DNA of 64,000 nt, taken from the NCBI GenBank assembly GCA_951406725.2, contig OX597820.1, positions 108,748,001 through 108,812,000 on the forward strand, given 5' to 3'. The position numbers and the translations under genes were made by a program. The notes under the pieces are model-generated. The model searched no databases, was not told the origin of the DNA, and saw only the letters and a list, made by a program, of their open reading frames with translations. The stretch is from Octopus vulgaris. Taxonomy: Eukaryota. Shown piece by piece: positions 50,998 to 64,000 of this stretch. Within the stretch, counting starts at the first letter, position 1; the number at the start of each line of letters is the position of its first letter.

Positions 50998-51031
<34 letters not shown>

Positions 51032-51636
51032 ACATGCATACATACATATACACATAAACCGAGTAAAAAATTTCAGTTATCTCTCTCTTTCACACATTAC
51101 TCTCTCTGTCTCTTCACACACACTAACAGAAGCACTTCACTTACACAACATACTGTCTGTCTCCCACACTCCATCACACACACACACACATGTACATCAA
51201 TGAGTCCCATGCACGGTAACTTCAAAGGAACTTCCCTCGTCATACAATCGCTTTCTCTTAGTCTCTTTCGCTCTCATTACTTATGTAAAAAAATAAAAGT
51301 TTTTTCTATGTGTGTAAAGAGGAAGTGGGAGGCAGAGTGAAAGAATCACTCACTACAGTAAGTGAATTACTTTCATTTTATTCCTTGCCCACTGTGTGTG
51401 TGCGTTTGCGTGTGGTGTAAACCAGACTAAGAAAAGCATTTGACACACACACCAGAATGTGAGTTTTCTGTAAATTTTGCTTAATTGGAGTTTAAATTTA
51501 AAAACTGGACCTGGCATGACGCGATGCATTGTACTCTTAAAACTGCTAGGTAAATTGTAATTGAAGAAATCCTATATTGTAGATTTGTATAACTCCCAAA
51601 GGGAGGCAGATAAAATCTGCCTTTTATAATAAGAGA
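50155..51636 (-). mobile_element. Non-autonomous Helitron (1.48 kb) carrying a Pif1-like helicase fragment
   Basis: - strand A|TC start at 51636; 3' hairpin CCCGAGCAACGCCGGG then CTAG|T at 50155. ORF 50257..50751 has AILAPRN..LNS..GLP.H.LKLKV..PIMLIRNL..CNGTRL. Confidence 0.93.
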
Positions 51637-51688
51637 TAATTACTTCTTATTCTAGTGTAATTGTGGTCGTTATATATATATATTTATA

Positions 51689-51734
<46 letters not shown>

Positions 51735-51744
51735 TATATATATA

Positions 51745-53287
51745 TCTCTTATTATAAAAGGCAGATTTTATCTGCCTCCCTTTGGGAGTTATACAAATCT
51801 ACAATATAGGATTTCTTTAATTACAATTTACCTTGCATTTTTAAGAGTACAATGCATTGCGTCATGCCAGGTCCAGTTTTTAAAATTTAAACTCCAATTA
51901 AGCAAAATTTACAGAAAACTCACATTCTTGTGTGTGTGTCAAATGCTTTTCTTAGTCTGGTTTACACCACACGCAAACGCACACACACAGTGGGCAACGA
52001 ATAAAATGAAAGTAAATAGCGACAGAGTGATTTGAGGAAGCCTAAACTGAAAGTAATTAAACCACTACTCAAAAAATAAAAAAACACAGCAAACAGAAAC
52101 AAATAAATACATAACCATTTAGTCCTCACACAATTTCTTCAATTAGAATTTACCTAAGATTTTTCAAAGTACTCCATTCGCTCATGCCATAATATATTTC
52201 TTTCAATTTCACCCCCAATTAAGACAAAATTCGAGAAAACTCAATATTTTAACATATCACTCCGAAAGCATTGATGTACATGTGTGCTTGCGAGAGTGTG
52301 TGTGTGTCATTCCTCACACACACGTATACACATACATATACAACTACATACACATACAACTACATACAAACACGTGTGTGTTTGTTATTAGTAAAAAAGG
52401 CGCAAAAACACAACTCACTTATCATTCCAACACATTTGCAAAGACACACGGAGGACAGAAAAGGTAAATTGGTTTTTATTTTACTCTGTATATATTTTAT
52501 TATATAATATTATATATAGATATATGTATACATAATTGCAGTATGAAACAGTGTTTATGTATAAACAGACGACACTTATATATAGTTACCAAGCCGCCCG
52601 AATTTACCTATTCATATTTAAATGAGAATATCAGAGCAAATCTCTTTAGTACATTCGTGAAAACACGTATTATACTTCGTAAACACTTCAACTACAGTTT
52701 TGTACAAAAATCGAAGTGTAATTTTAATTCCGTGAATTATGGGAGATTTTTTTCCGAAATTTGTTCCTATTGTGTTTTCAAAATTTGTAATTCTGACAAA
52801 AAATGGATACGAATTTCATTATATCAAGCAGCGAGTCAGAATTCGAAGGATTTTCTACTGAAGACCTTCATAAATCTAACTCTATGACTGAAAAAAAAAA
52901 AGCATCTTTATATAAGAGTGAAGTTGTGTGTCTGTCTCCTACGATTTCGATTCCTAACTACTCCCACATTTTGCGGTGCAGTTTAACCAAAAGCGGGTAT
53001 CTTATAGTCGTGATTCATATCGAGCCCTTCTGGGTATTAGCGTGCGTCTACGATGAGTCTACGATTTAAAAAAAATTTACCATCATATTTTTCCATTTTA
53101 ATGCATTTTTTTCGCTTTTATATAAGGGAAGTAACTCTCTAAAAATATCTACGATGTGTCAATGATTTAAAAAATATTTACCTTAATTTTTTTTCAATTT
53201 TTAATGCATTTTTTGGCTATAACTCTCTAAAAATGCTTATATAGTTATTTCCCTTACAACCCGAGCAACGCCGGGCGATACTGCTAG
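51745..53287 (+). mobile_element. Composite non-autonomous Helitron (contains a second TC-initiated unit 52905-53287)
   Basis: A|TCTCTTATTATAAAAGG start; hairpin plus CTAG end at 53287; internal A|TCTTTATATAAGAG at 52905. The 3' end matches the mini-Helitron at 17910-18292. Confidence 0.85.
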
Positions 53288-54770
53288 TCTCTTATTATAA
53301 AAGGCAGATTTTATCTGCCTCCCTTTGGGAGTTATACAAATCTACAATATAGGATTTCTTCAATTACAATTTACCTAGCAGTTTTGAGAGTACAATGCAT
53401 CGCGTCATGCCAGGTCCAGTTTTTAAAATTTAAACTCCAATTAAGCAAAATTTACAGAAAACTCACATTCTGGTGTGTGTGTCAAATGCTTTTCTTAGTC
53501 TGGTTTACAGCACACGCAAACGCACACACACAGTGGGCAAGGAATAAAATGAAAGTAATTCACTTACTGTAGTGAGTGATTCTTTCACTCTGCCTCCCAC
53601 TTCCTCTTTACACACATAGAAAAAACTTTTATTTTTTTACATAAGTAATGAGAGCGAAAGAGACTAAGAGAAAGCGATTGTATGACGAGGGAAGTTCCTT
53701 TGAAGTTACCGTGCATGGGACTCATTGATGTACATGTGTGTGTGTGTGTGTGTTTGATGGAGTGTGGGAGACAGACAGTATGTTGTGTAAGTGAAGTGCT
53801 TCTGTTAGTGTGTGTGAAGAGACAGAGAGAGTAATGTGTGAAAGAGAGAGATAACTGAAATTTTTTACTCGGTTTATGTGTATATCTATGTATGCATGTA
53901 TGTGTGTGTGTGTGTGTATGTATGTGTTTATATATAAAAGAAAGGTTGTGTGTCTGTCTACTCCGATTCAGATTCCTAACTACTCCCACATTTTGCGATG
54001 CAGTTTAACCAAAACCGGGTATCTTATAGTCGTGATTCATATCGAGCCCTTCTGGGTATTAGCGCGCGTCTACGATGAGTCTATGATTTTACAAATAATT
54101 TACCATCATTTTTTTCCATTTTAATGCATATTTTAAAAAATAAACGGAAGTAACTCTCAAACTTCACACCAATATGCGTGCTCATATGCGACGTAATATC
54201 ACATCACCAGCATTTCCTCACACCCTCCTTGCACTTGGCGAAGGCAAAATACCAGGGGATGAAAATGGTAATATTGCCATCGATTCCATTTGTACCATTG
54301 TTAAGACGCCTTCTGATCTCAGAGATGCAGTGTTCCCAGATTTACAAGCTAATTATCAGAATATGGATTGGATTGGCAAAAAGGCTATACTGGCCCCGAG
54401 GAATAAAACTGTTCACCATATTAATGATGAAATGCTAAAACTCATTCCTGGGGAAGTCGATGTATATCACTCTATCGATACAACTCCTGACCCAGAGGAC
54501 ATCATCAACTATCCAATAGAGGTACTCAATTCCTTTGAGCACCCCGGACTACCATCACACTTTCTCAAACTTAAAGTTAGTGCCCCTATAATGCTCATCA
54601 GAAATTTGGTTCCCCCAAAACAATGCAATGGCACACGTTTGGCGTTAAGTCCTTATCTCCCACCGTAAGCTTATTTCAATATTTGCCTGAATAATCATCA
54701 TAATTCAGTGCAATCATTAACAGTACTTTCAAGCAATTCAGCCCCGAGCAACGCCGGGCAATTCTGCTAG
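53288..54770 (+). mobile_element. Non-autonomous Helitron (inverted near-identical copy of 50155-51636)
   Basis: TC start directly after the previous CTAG; helicase ORF 54174..54668; hairpin plus CTAG at 54767-70. Confidence 0.93.
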
Positions 54771-55090
54771 TCTTATTATAAAAGGCAGATTTTATCTGCC
54801 TCCCTTTGGGAGTTATACAAATCTACAATATAGGATTTCTTCAATTACAATTTACCTGGCATTTTTAAGAGTACAATGCATCGCGTCATGCCAGGTCCAG
54901 TTTTTAAAATTTAAACTCCAATTAAGCAAAATTTACAGAAAACTCACATTCTGGTGTGTGTGTCAAATGCTTTTCTTAGTCTGGTTTACACCACACGCAA
55001 ACGCACACACACAGTGGGCAACGAATAAAATGAAACTAATTCACTTACTGTGGTGAGTGATTCTTTCACTCTGCCTCCCACTTCCATTTC
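54771..55090 (+). mobile_element. Helitron 5' fragment, third unit of the head-to-tail array
   Basis: TCTTATTATAAAAGGCAG.. immediately after CTAG; colinear with 53290-53605, then diverges. Confidence 0.85.
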
Positions 55091-55758
55091 CACACATACA
55101 CACGCAAATATATAAATAAAATTGTAAGCTAACGTGCGTGTGTGTGTGTGTGTGTGTGCGCGTGTGTGTGTGTGTGACGGTGCGCGCGTGTGTGTGTGTG
55201 TGTGCGTGTGCGTGAGTGTGTGACAGGAAAGTTTTTTTAGACGAATATAACACCTATATCCAAGTAGCAGAAAGATAAGACAGTAAGGTGTGATTTGAGG
55301 GAGATTTGGCTGCTATTTCTACCATGTCTAGCTGCCATGTAGAGGTCTCCCTCATAGGCTCATACATACATATATACATAGATAAGACAGTAAGGTGTGA
55401 TTTGGGGGAAATTTTGCTGCTATTTCTACCAGGTCTAGCTACCATGTAGAGGTCCCCCTCAATTCTTTTATTCTTCTGCTTTTTCCAGCCATTGCTCTGT
55501 GGCCATGCTGGGGCAATGCCTTGAAGAATTGTAGTTTAATGAATCAACTCCAGTTTTATTTTTGTAAGCATTGTATTTATTCTATCTGTTTCCTTTGTCA
55601 AACCACTAGGTGACAGGGATGTAAACAAACCAACATTCGTTGTCAAGCAGTGGTGGAGGACAATCACAAGCACAGACACGCACGCACACACACACATACA
55701 TGCATACACATATACACACATACATACATACATATATATATATGTGTGTATATATATA

Positions 55759-56032
55759 TTGCAGCGTGGAAGGTGTTTGTAAGCCATTTAAGAAACACAC
55801 AAAAACGGTTACATTCACTTCAACATTTAAATTTAATTTGCCAAAATATTTTCGTCGCTTTGATTTTCGCCGCTTTGAGACCGCGACCTGTTCACTGACA
55901 AAAATATCGTGCTAACAGGTCGCGGTCTCAAAGCGACGAAAATATTTTGACAAATTTAATTTAAATGTTGAAGTGAATCTAACGGTTTTTGTGTGTTTCT
56001 TAAATGGCTTATAAACACCTTCAACGCTGCAA
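55759..56032. repeat. Fold-back element (arms 55759-55892 and 55914-56032, 21-nt loop)
   Basis: The arms are reverse complements with a few substitutions; the left arm has a 15-bp tandem duplication. Confidence 0.92.
55837..55902 (-). ncRNA. Hammerhead-like motif with swapped G3-C8 core (GUGAACA)
   Basis: - strand: TTTGTCA-GTGAACA-G-GTCGC-(loop including the duplication)-GCGAC-GAAA-ATAT-TT-TGGCAAA. Stem I 7 bp, stem II 5 bp, palindromic AATATT stem III. Confidence 0.6.
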
Positions 56033-56179
56033 CTGTTATATTGGTAAAAACAGTAAGATAACAAAAGAAAGAAAGAGACCTATAATATTATGTAAATAGA
56101 AGAAATCTTTATATATAAAAGTCGTTCCAGCACACGATCTCAGATCAAGTCACTTGCTATGCAAGTACATCTCTGTATA

Positions 56180-57563
<1,384 letters not shown>

Positions 57564-57564
57564 G

Positions 57565-58820
57565 GGGGTGGGTGCATTGAAAGTGTAACTGCTAGAGTAA
57601 GAATAGCCTGGGCAAAGTTTAGGGAGCTCTTACCTCTGCTGGTGACTAAAGGCCTCTCGCTCAGAGTAAAAGGCAGACTGTATGATGCATGTGTACGAAC
57701 AGCCATGCTACATGGCAGTGAAATATGGGCCGTGACTGCTGAGGACATGCGTAAGCTCGCGAGGAATGAAGCCAGTATGCTCCGATGGATGTGTAATGTC
57801 AGCATGCATACTCGACAGAGCGTTAGTACCCTGAGAGAAATGTTGGACCTAAGAAGCATCAGTTGTGGTGTGCAAGAGAGACGATTGCGCTGGTATGGTC
57901 ATGTGGCGAGAATGGATGAAGATAGGTGTGTGAAAAAGTGCCAATCCCTAGCAGTTGAGGGAACCCGTGGAAGAGGTAGACCCAGGAAAACCTGGGACGA
58001 GGTGGTGAAGCACGACCTTCGAACCTTGGGTCTCACTGAGGAAATGACCGGCGACCGAGACCTTTGGAAATATGCTGTGCGTGAGAAGACCAGGCATGAC
58101 AAGTGACGGACAGCAACGTATTGACAGTTCAACGGCTGGCGTAACAAATTTGAACTGTTGATGTAAAAGAAAATCCCTAAAAACCAAGTCGAACCTTGAT
58201 TCTTTCTCACGACAGTAGCACCTCACGATGGCAAGCATTCAAAACTTCTTGCTTGCGAAGACATTGACGATTGAGGCATTTTTAGCTTGATGTAATCGAA
58301 ATTGCTAAACAACCCGCTCCTTTAAATGACTAGCACCCCATTTAGACCCCTTTTCACATTTTGGTTAATATAACCCGATTTCATTTGGGTCTACTGGAGG
58401 CCACATTTTATAAGATGAGGACTAACCAAGTTTCCCAAGTGGCCGATGCCAGTGCCGCCAAGTTTCCCGAGTTCTGATCATAGACCATAGAACACTCAAC
58501 CAAGTTTCCCGAGTTCTGGTCATAAAGAGCACCATCCGAATCGTAGCCGAAACCCGTGCCGCCTCGACTGGCTTCCATAAAATGCACCATCCGAATTGTG
58601 GCCGATGCCAGCACAGCCTCAACTGGCTTCCGCGTCGGTGGCACGTAAAAAGCACCTACTACACTCACAGAGTGGTTGGCGTTAGGAAGGGCATCCAGCT
58701 ATAGAAACATTGCCAGATAAGACCGGAGCCTGGTGCAGCCTTTTGGCTTCCCAGATCCCCGGTCGAACCGTCCAACCCATGCTAGCATGGAGAACAGACG
58801 TTAAACGATGATGATGATGA
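57565..58820 (+). mobile_element. RTE LINE 3' fragment starting within (TA)n
   Basis: [38 protein letters not shown], variant 3' UTR and (GAT)n tail. Confidence 0.92.
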
Positions 58821-58840
58821 TATATATATATGTATATGTG

Positions 58841-58899
<59 letters not shown>

Positions 58900-58904
58900 A
58901 TGTT

Positions 58905-61660
58905 TTTTTTTTTCTAGTTTCAGCTCAGAGCTGTGGCCATGCTGATGCACCGCCGTTTTGTGCTACACTGTTATTACAACGAACCTCGTCTGATATGTGG
59001 CACTTGGTGAAGAATGGAGTTTGATATAGCTACTTTCATTTGCACCTCTTGCCTTGAGGTAGGTTCATCTGGGACTCTTGACAGGAAGATGTCCAGCTTT
59101 GATTTAAAAACCGCTACATCTACTTTGTACAAGTTCCTCAGACTCTTTGGGAGAATATTAAAAAGCTGTGGGCCCTTGAAACCCAGGCTGTTGCAGAAGC
59201 TGGTCCTGAAGCGTGATGGCATTGCTGGGATCTTTGGCACTATGCAGTGTCATCCCGTTCTAGCATTGGTGTAGCTTACAATGCCAAAATTAGGCACAAT
59301 TCCTTCCAGACATATATTACTGCATACCTCTCCTGTCTTCTCTCCAGGGAGTAGAGTCTTAGCTGTTTCAACCTTTCCCAGTAGCTGAGCTGTTGCAAAG
59401 AGACGATCTCCTTTGTGAATCTTCTCTGGATTGCTTCAAGGTCCGCTGTTAATTTTACACTAGTGGGTGACCATAGCTGTGAGCAGTAATCCAGGCGGCT
59501 GAGGACGAATGTCCGCCAGAGGACCATCATGGTTTCCTTATCTCTGGTTCTGAATGTTCTTAGGATCCACCCAGCCAGTCGTCTGCACTTAGTCGCCATC
59601 CTGGTAATGTGCACTTGGAAAGAGGTATCATCACTCATGTCGATATCCAGGTCCCTCACAGACTTAGGCTCTGGGATTGAAATTCCCTGTGGACCGGTGT
59701 ATCCTGTAAGTTTAATATTCAGTTTTGGATGCTGGTAGCGCAGGGCCTGGAACTTTTCAGCATTAAACTGCATATTATTATCCTTAGCCCATCTGTAGAT
59801 TGAGTCCAACTCCTGCTGCAGGTGTACAACATCTCTGGGGTTCTGTATTTTCTGCGAGACTTTCGTATCATCTGCATAGCTGGCCAGAGTGGCTATCCGG
59901 GCATTTGAGGGCATATCTGAGAGGGCCACTATAAAAAGCAGTGGTCCCAAGACAGTGCCCTGTGGAACACCGCTCACTATTTGTGTGTTCATAGAGGTGG
60001 CTCCATTAACCACTACTGCCTGACTCCTATCTTTCAGGAAGTCATGCAAGCACACTCCAAGTTTTCCAGCTATGCTGAGGTCACGCAGTTTGTGGCATAT
60101 CATACCATGATCCACCTTGTCAAAAGCTTTTGCAAAATCAAGGTAGATTACGTCCACATTTGATTTGTTGAGTAACTGCCTCAACACCCAGTCATAATGC
60201 TGTAAGAGCTGGGTCAGGCAGCTCCTACCTGGTCGAAAACCATGCTGGGTATCACTCAGCATGTTATTTTCCTGAAGGAATGCGATTAGTTTCTTTCTGA
60301 CTATCCGTTCCATGACTTTGCCTATGTATGAAGTCAGAGAGATAGGCCTATAGTTTTTGGCATCTGCTCTACTTCCCCCTTTATTTATTGGGCATATTAT
60401 TCCCTCCTTCAGCTTGCTTGGCAGTTTGCCATTCGCAAGAAAGCTCTGGAAGAGAATCTTGAGGGGTTTTGCCAGGGCATGCTTACACGCTTTGAGGGGG
60501 ATGGCTGGGAAACCGTCTGGACCAGCAGCTGAGTTTGTGTCCACTTCATCTATGGCTAGTAGGACATCTTTTTCGCTAATGTCAATACATTCTATTGTAA
60601 CTGCCTCGCTGGTTATAGGTGAGGTGGCAAAGAAGTCCACTGGTTCGTTCACCTGTCTGTGTTCCAATGGGGTGGTAAAGACACTTTTGAACTGGTCATT
60701 CAGCATCTCACTGATCTTAGTTGGACTGTCTGTGAGGGAGCCATCCTTTTGGAGGAGGGGTCCTATCTTGTAGCGCACTGAGACTGTTTCTTTCGCGTAA
60801 TGAAAGAAGGCCTTTGGGTTTGATTTAATGTTTTTTATAACCCAGGCTTCTTCGTCTGCTTTCTCCTTCACATAGGATTGTTGCAGCCTTTTTTCAATCT
60901 CCATCAGTGTTGTTTTTAGGCGGGACGTTTTGCTACTTTGGGATGTTGGTTGAGACGATTTGCAACCTTCGTCCGTCATCTCATGAGGATCTTCCTGTCT
61001 CTTGGAATGTTGCTCCTATTTGTTTTGGCCTTGTGCTCTGGGACATATTTCTGGCATACGGCTTGCACAGACGACATGAAACATTCTAGTTTCATGTCAA
61101 TGTCTGGTGTGGAGAGACATTCCGGCCAGTCCTCTCCGAGGATCTCTTTTTAGATCGATTTCCAATCTGCTTTGTGGAAGTTCAGATTGGAGAGATTTCG
61201 GGTGCTTCCTTTAGGCTGTATGCCTCTGGTTACTTTTGGCCCAAACATAGACAGCTCTATTATGTTGTGATCCGAGACTAATGTCGGTGTCACTTTCACA
61301 TCATGAATGATGTCCATATTGTTCTTGAAGCAGAAATCCAGAATGTTATTCGCCCTAGTTGGCTCCATGAATAAGGCATTAGTGAGGTTGAGCAGGGACT
61401 CCACCTGTACTTGCTTGCAATGATTCATTCCTGAGAGTATGTGACCTTCGGGCCATTTGACGTTGGGGAAGTTGAAATCACCCATCAGAAATATGGTCAC
61501 GTGGTATTCCATATTCATGAGGATTTCTTTAATTCTTGTGAGGCATTCTTCAAACTTGCCTCTGTGATTTGGGGCATCCGGTGGGCAATATGTATTGCAT
61601 ATGACTATATTATGTTGTCTTATGTATACAATTAAAGTGTCACATACCGAATTTGAGTAT
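58905..61660 (-). mobile_element. CR1/L2-type LINE (APE fragment plus RT), 5'-truncated
   Basis: ORF 59276..60979: AGPDG, NYRPISLTS, QHGFRPGRSC, YLDFAKAFDKV, GVPQGTVLGPLLF, YADDT. Upstream APE motifs [11 protein letters not shown] and SDHN; 3' stem-loop and A-tail. Confidence 0.93.
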
Positions 61661-61695
61661 GTATATATATATATGTATATGTATATATCTATATC

Positions 61696-61730
<35 letters not shown>

Positions 61731-61731
61731 G

Positions 61732-61767
<36 letters not shown>

Positions 61768-61851
61768 AGTATATATATGTATATATATATATATATGTAT
61801 ATATATATGTATATATATATATGTATATATATATATGTATATATGTATATA

Positions 61852-61910
<59 letters not shown>

Positions 61911-61925
61911 GTATATATATATATG

Positions 61926-61956
<31 letters not shown>

Positions 61957-62010
61957 GTATATATATGTATATATATATATGTGTATATATATATATATAT
62001 GTATATATAT
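61660..62010. repeat. (TA)n/(TATG)n microsatellite
   Basis: Directly visible. Confidence 0.95.
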
Positions 62011-62220
62011 ACTCTTTACTCTTTTACTTGTTTCAGTCATTTGACTGCGGCCATGCTGGAGCACCACCTTTTAGTCGAGCAAATCGACCCCGGGACTTAT
62101 TCTTTGTAAGCCCAGTACTTATTCTATCAGTCTCTTTTGCCGAACCGCTAAGTGACGGGGATGTAAACACACCAGCATCGGTTGTCAAGCAATGCTAGGG
62201 GGACAAACACAGACACACAA

Positions 62221-62251
<31 letters not shown>

Positions 62252-62424
62252 CATATATACGACGGGCTTCTTTTCAGTTTCCGTCTACCAAATCCACTCA
62301 CAAGACATTGGTCGGCCCGGGGCTATAGCAGAAGACACTTGCCCAAGATGCCACGCAGTGGGACTGAACCCGGAACCATGTGGTTGGTTAGCAAGCTACT
62401 TACCACACAGCCACTCCTGCGCCT
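62011..62424 (-). mobile_element. Full-length tRNA-derived SINE whose tail matches the CR1/L2-type LINE 3' end
   Basis: Head GGCGCAGGAGTGGCTGTGTGGTAAG..GGTTCAGTCCC; tail GGTGCTCCAGCATGGCCGCAGTCAAATGACTGAAAC followed by AGTAAAAG-type repeats. Confidence 0.9.
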
Positions 62425-62429
62425 ATATA

Positions 62430-62498
<69 letters not shown>

Positions 62499-62509
62499 GT
62501 ATATATATG

Positions 62510-63903
62510 TATGACTTGCTACCTGACACCCAACATGGTTTCCGACCAGGAAGAAGCTGCTTAACTCAGCTCCTGCAGCACTATGACTGGGTGCTGAAAC
62601 AACTGTCCAACCACTCAAATGTGGAAGTCATATATCTCGACTTCGCAAAGGCCTTCGATAAAGTCGATCATGGAATGATATGTCACAAACTGCGTGATCT
62701 TGGCATAGTTGGAAAACTAGGAGAATGGCTTCATGACTTTCTGAAGAATAGAAGTCAGGTGGTAGCAGCCAATGGGGCCACTTCCATTAGCACGCAAATA
62801 GTGAGCGGTGTTCCACAGGGCACTGTTTTGGGACCACTACTGTTCATAATGGCCCTCTCAGACATGCCCTCAGCCACGCGGAGAGCCACGATCACAAGTT
62901 ATGCAGATGATACAAAAGTTTCACAGGCAATACAGAACCCTGAAGACACTAAGCACCTGCAATATGAGCTGGACGAAATATACAAGTGGGCTGAAAAGAA
63001 TAGCATGCAGTTCAATGCTGAAAAGTTTCAAGCTTTATACTATCAGCATCCAAAACTGAATGCAATACCCAATGAATACACTGGACCCGGAGGGATTGCA
63101 ATCCCAGAGGCACAATCAGTGCGTGACCTGGGTATTCACATGAGTGATGATGCGACCTTTCATGTACATGTTGCTAAACTGACAATGAAATGCAGACGAC
63201 TGGCCGGATGGATTCTTAGAACCTTTAGAACAAGAGAACAAGAAACCATGATGGTCCTCTGGAAGACACTTGTCCTAAGCTACTTTGACTATTGCTCTCA
63301 GCTATGGTCACCATCCAGTGTCAAGTTGATCACAGAACTTGAGGCGATCCAACGAAGCTACACAAAGAAGATAGCCTCTATGCAGAATGTAAGCTACTGG
63401 GAAAGACTCAAGAGATTAAAATTATATTCCCTGGAGCGTAGGCGGGAAAGATATGCCATAATATACATCTGGAAGATCCTGGAGGGAAGTGTCCTGAACT
63501 TTGGCATCGAGAGTTACGCAAATGCCAGAACTGGGCGCCACTGCGTGGTGCCTAGGACTCCAAACTTGCCATCAAGATGTAGGACAAGATTCTGTGATAG
63601 CCTGGGCTTCCGAGGCCCACAGCTCTTCAATATCCTCCCGAAGAACCTGAGAGACCTGCATGGGGTGGATACAGATGTCTTTAAAATGAAGCTGGATCTC
63701 TTCCTGTCAGGTGTCCCAGATGAACCAACTTCACGGCAGGAGGGGCAGATGAGGGCAGCTGCATCGAACTCTCTCATGCACCAAATAGCAGTTGCTAGAA
63801 AGCCTCCATGAAGTGAAACCAAGTAGCAACACCAAATGGCGGTGCCCCAGCATGGCCACAGCTCATAAGCTGAAACTAGAATCAATCAATCAATCAATCA
63901 ATC
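62510..63903 (+). mobile_element. CR1/L2-type LINE RT 3' fragment with (ATCA)n tail
   Basis: Open frame to 63811 with QHGFRPGRSC, DFAKAFDKV, GVPQG and YADDT; the 3' stem-loop is followed by ATCA repeats. Confidence 0.93.
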
Positions 63904-63925
63904 ATATATATATGTATATATATGT

Positions 63926-63956
<31 letters not shown>

Positions 63957-64000
63957 TATATATATATGTATATATATATGTATATATATATGTATATGTA

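Noticed and set aside
63840-63880. Hairpin followed by GAAAC in LINE/SINE tails as a hammerhead
   Set aside because: The upstream sequence is CAGCATGGCCA, not a CUGANGA-like core, and no stems I or III can form; it is better explained as the LINE 3' recognition stem-loop.

Overview
AT-rich animal genomic DNA, most likely a coleoid cephalopod (Octopus). This is inferred from the tRNA-SINE, RTE, Penelope and (TA)n content. Five phase-compatible GT-AG exons (6563-6708, 12838-12955, 20559-20771, 34792-34882, 36166-36286, + strand) encode the C-terminal half of translation initiation factor eIF2B epsilon (EIF2B5). The gene begins before the window and its last exons were not found in it. The rest is intron filled with nested transposons: RTE and CR1/L2-type LINEs, tRNA SINEs, GIY-YIG Penelope-like elements (PLEs), Tc1/mariner, a near-intact piggyBac plus derivatives, an LTR remnant and a cluster of non-autonomous Helitrons. 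The main non-coding signal is a set of type-I hammerhead ribozyme (HHR) motifs from at least four different PLE-terminal-repeat-like families. Most occur as fold-back inverted repeats, so the best-formed sense-strand ribozymes in the pre-mRNA have an antisense twin nearby. One motif has a compensatory G3-C8 swap of the catalytic core, and one lies just downstream of a tRNA-like Pol III promoter. All structures were folded and aligned by eye, and boundaries of decayed elements are approximate.
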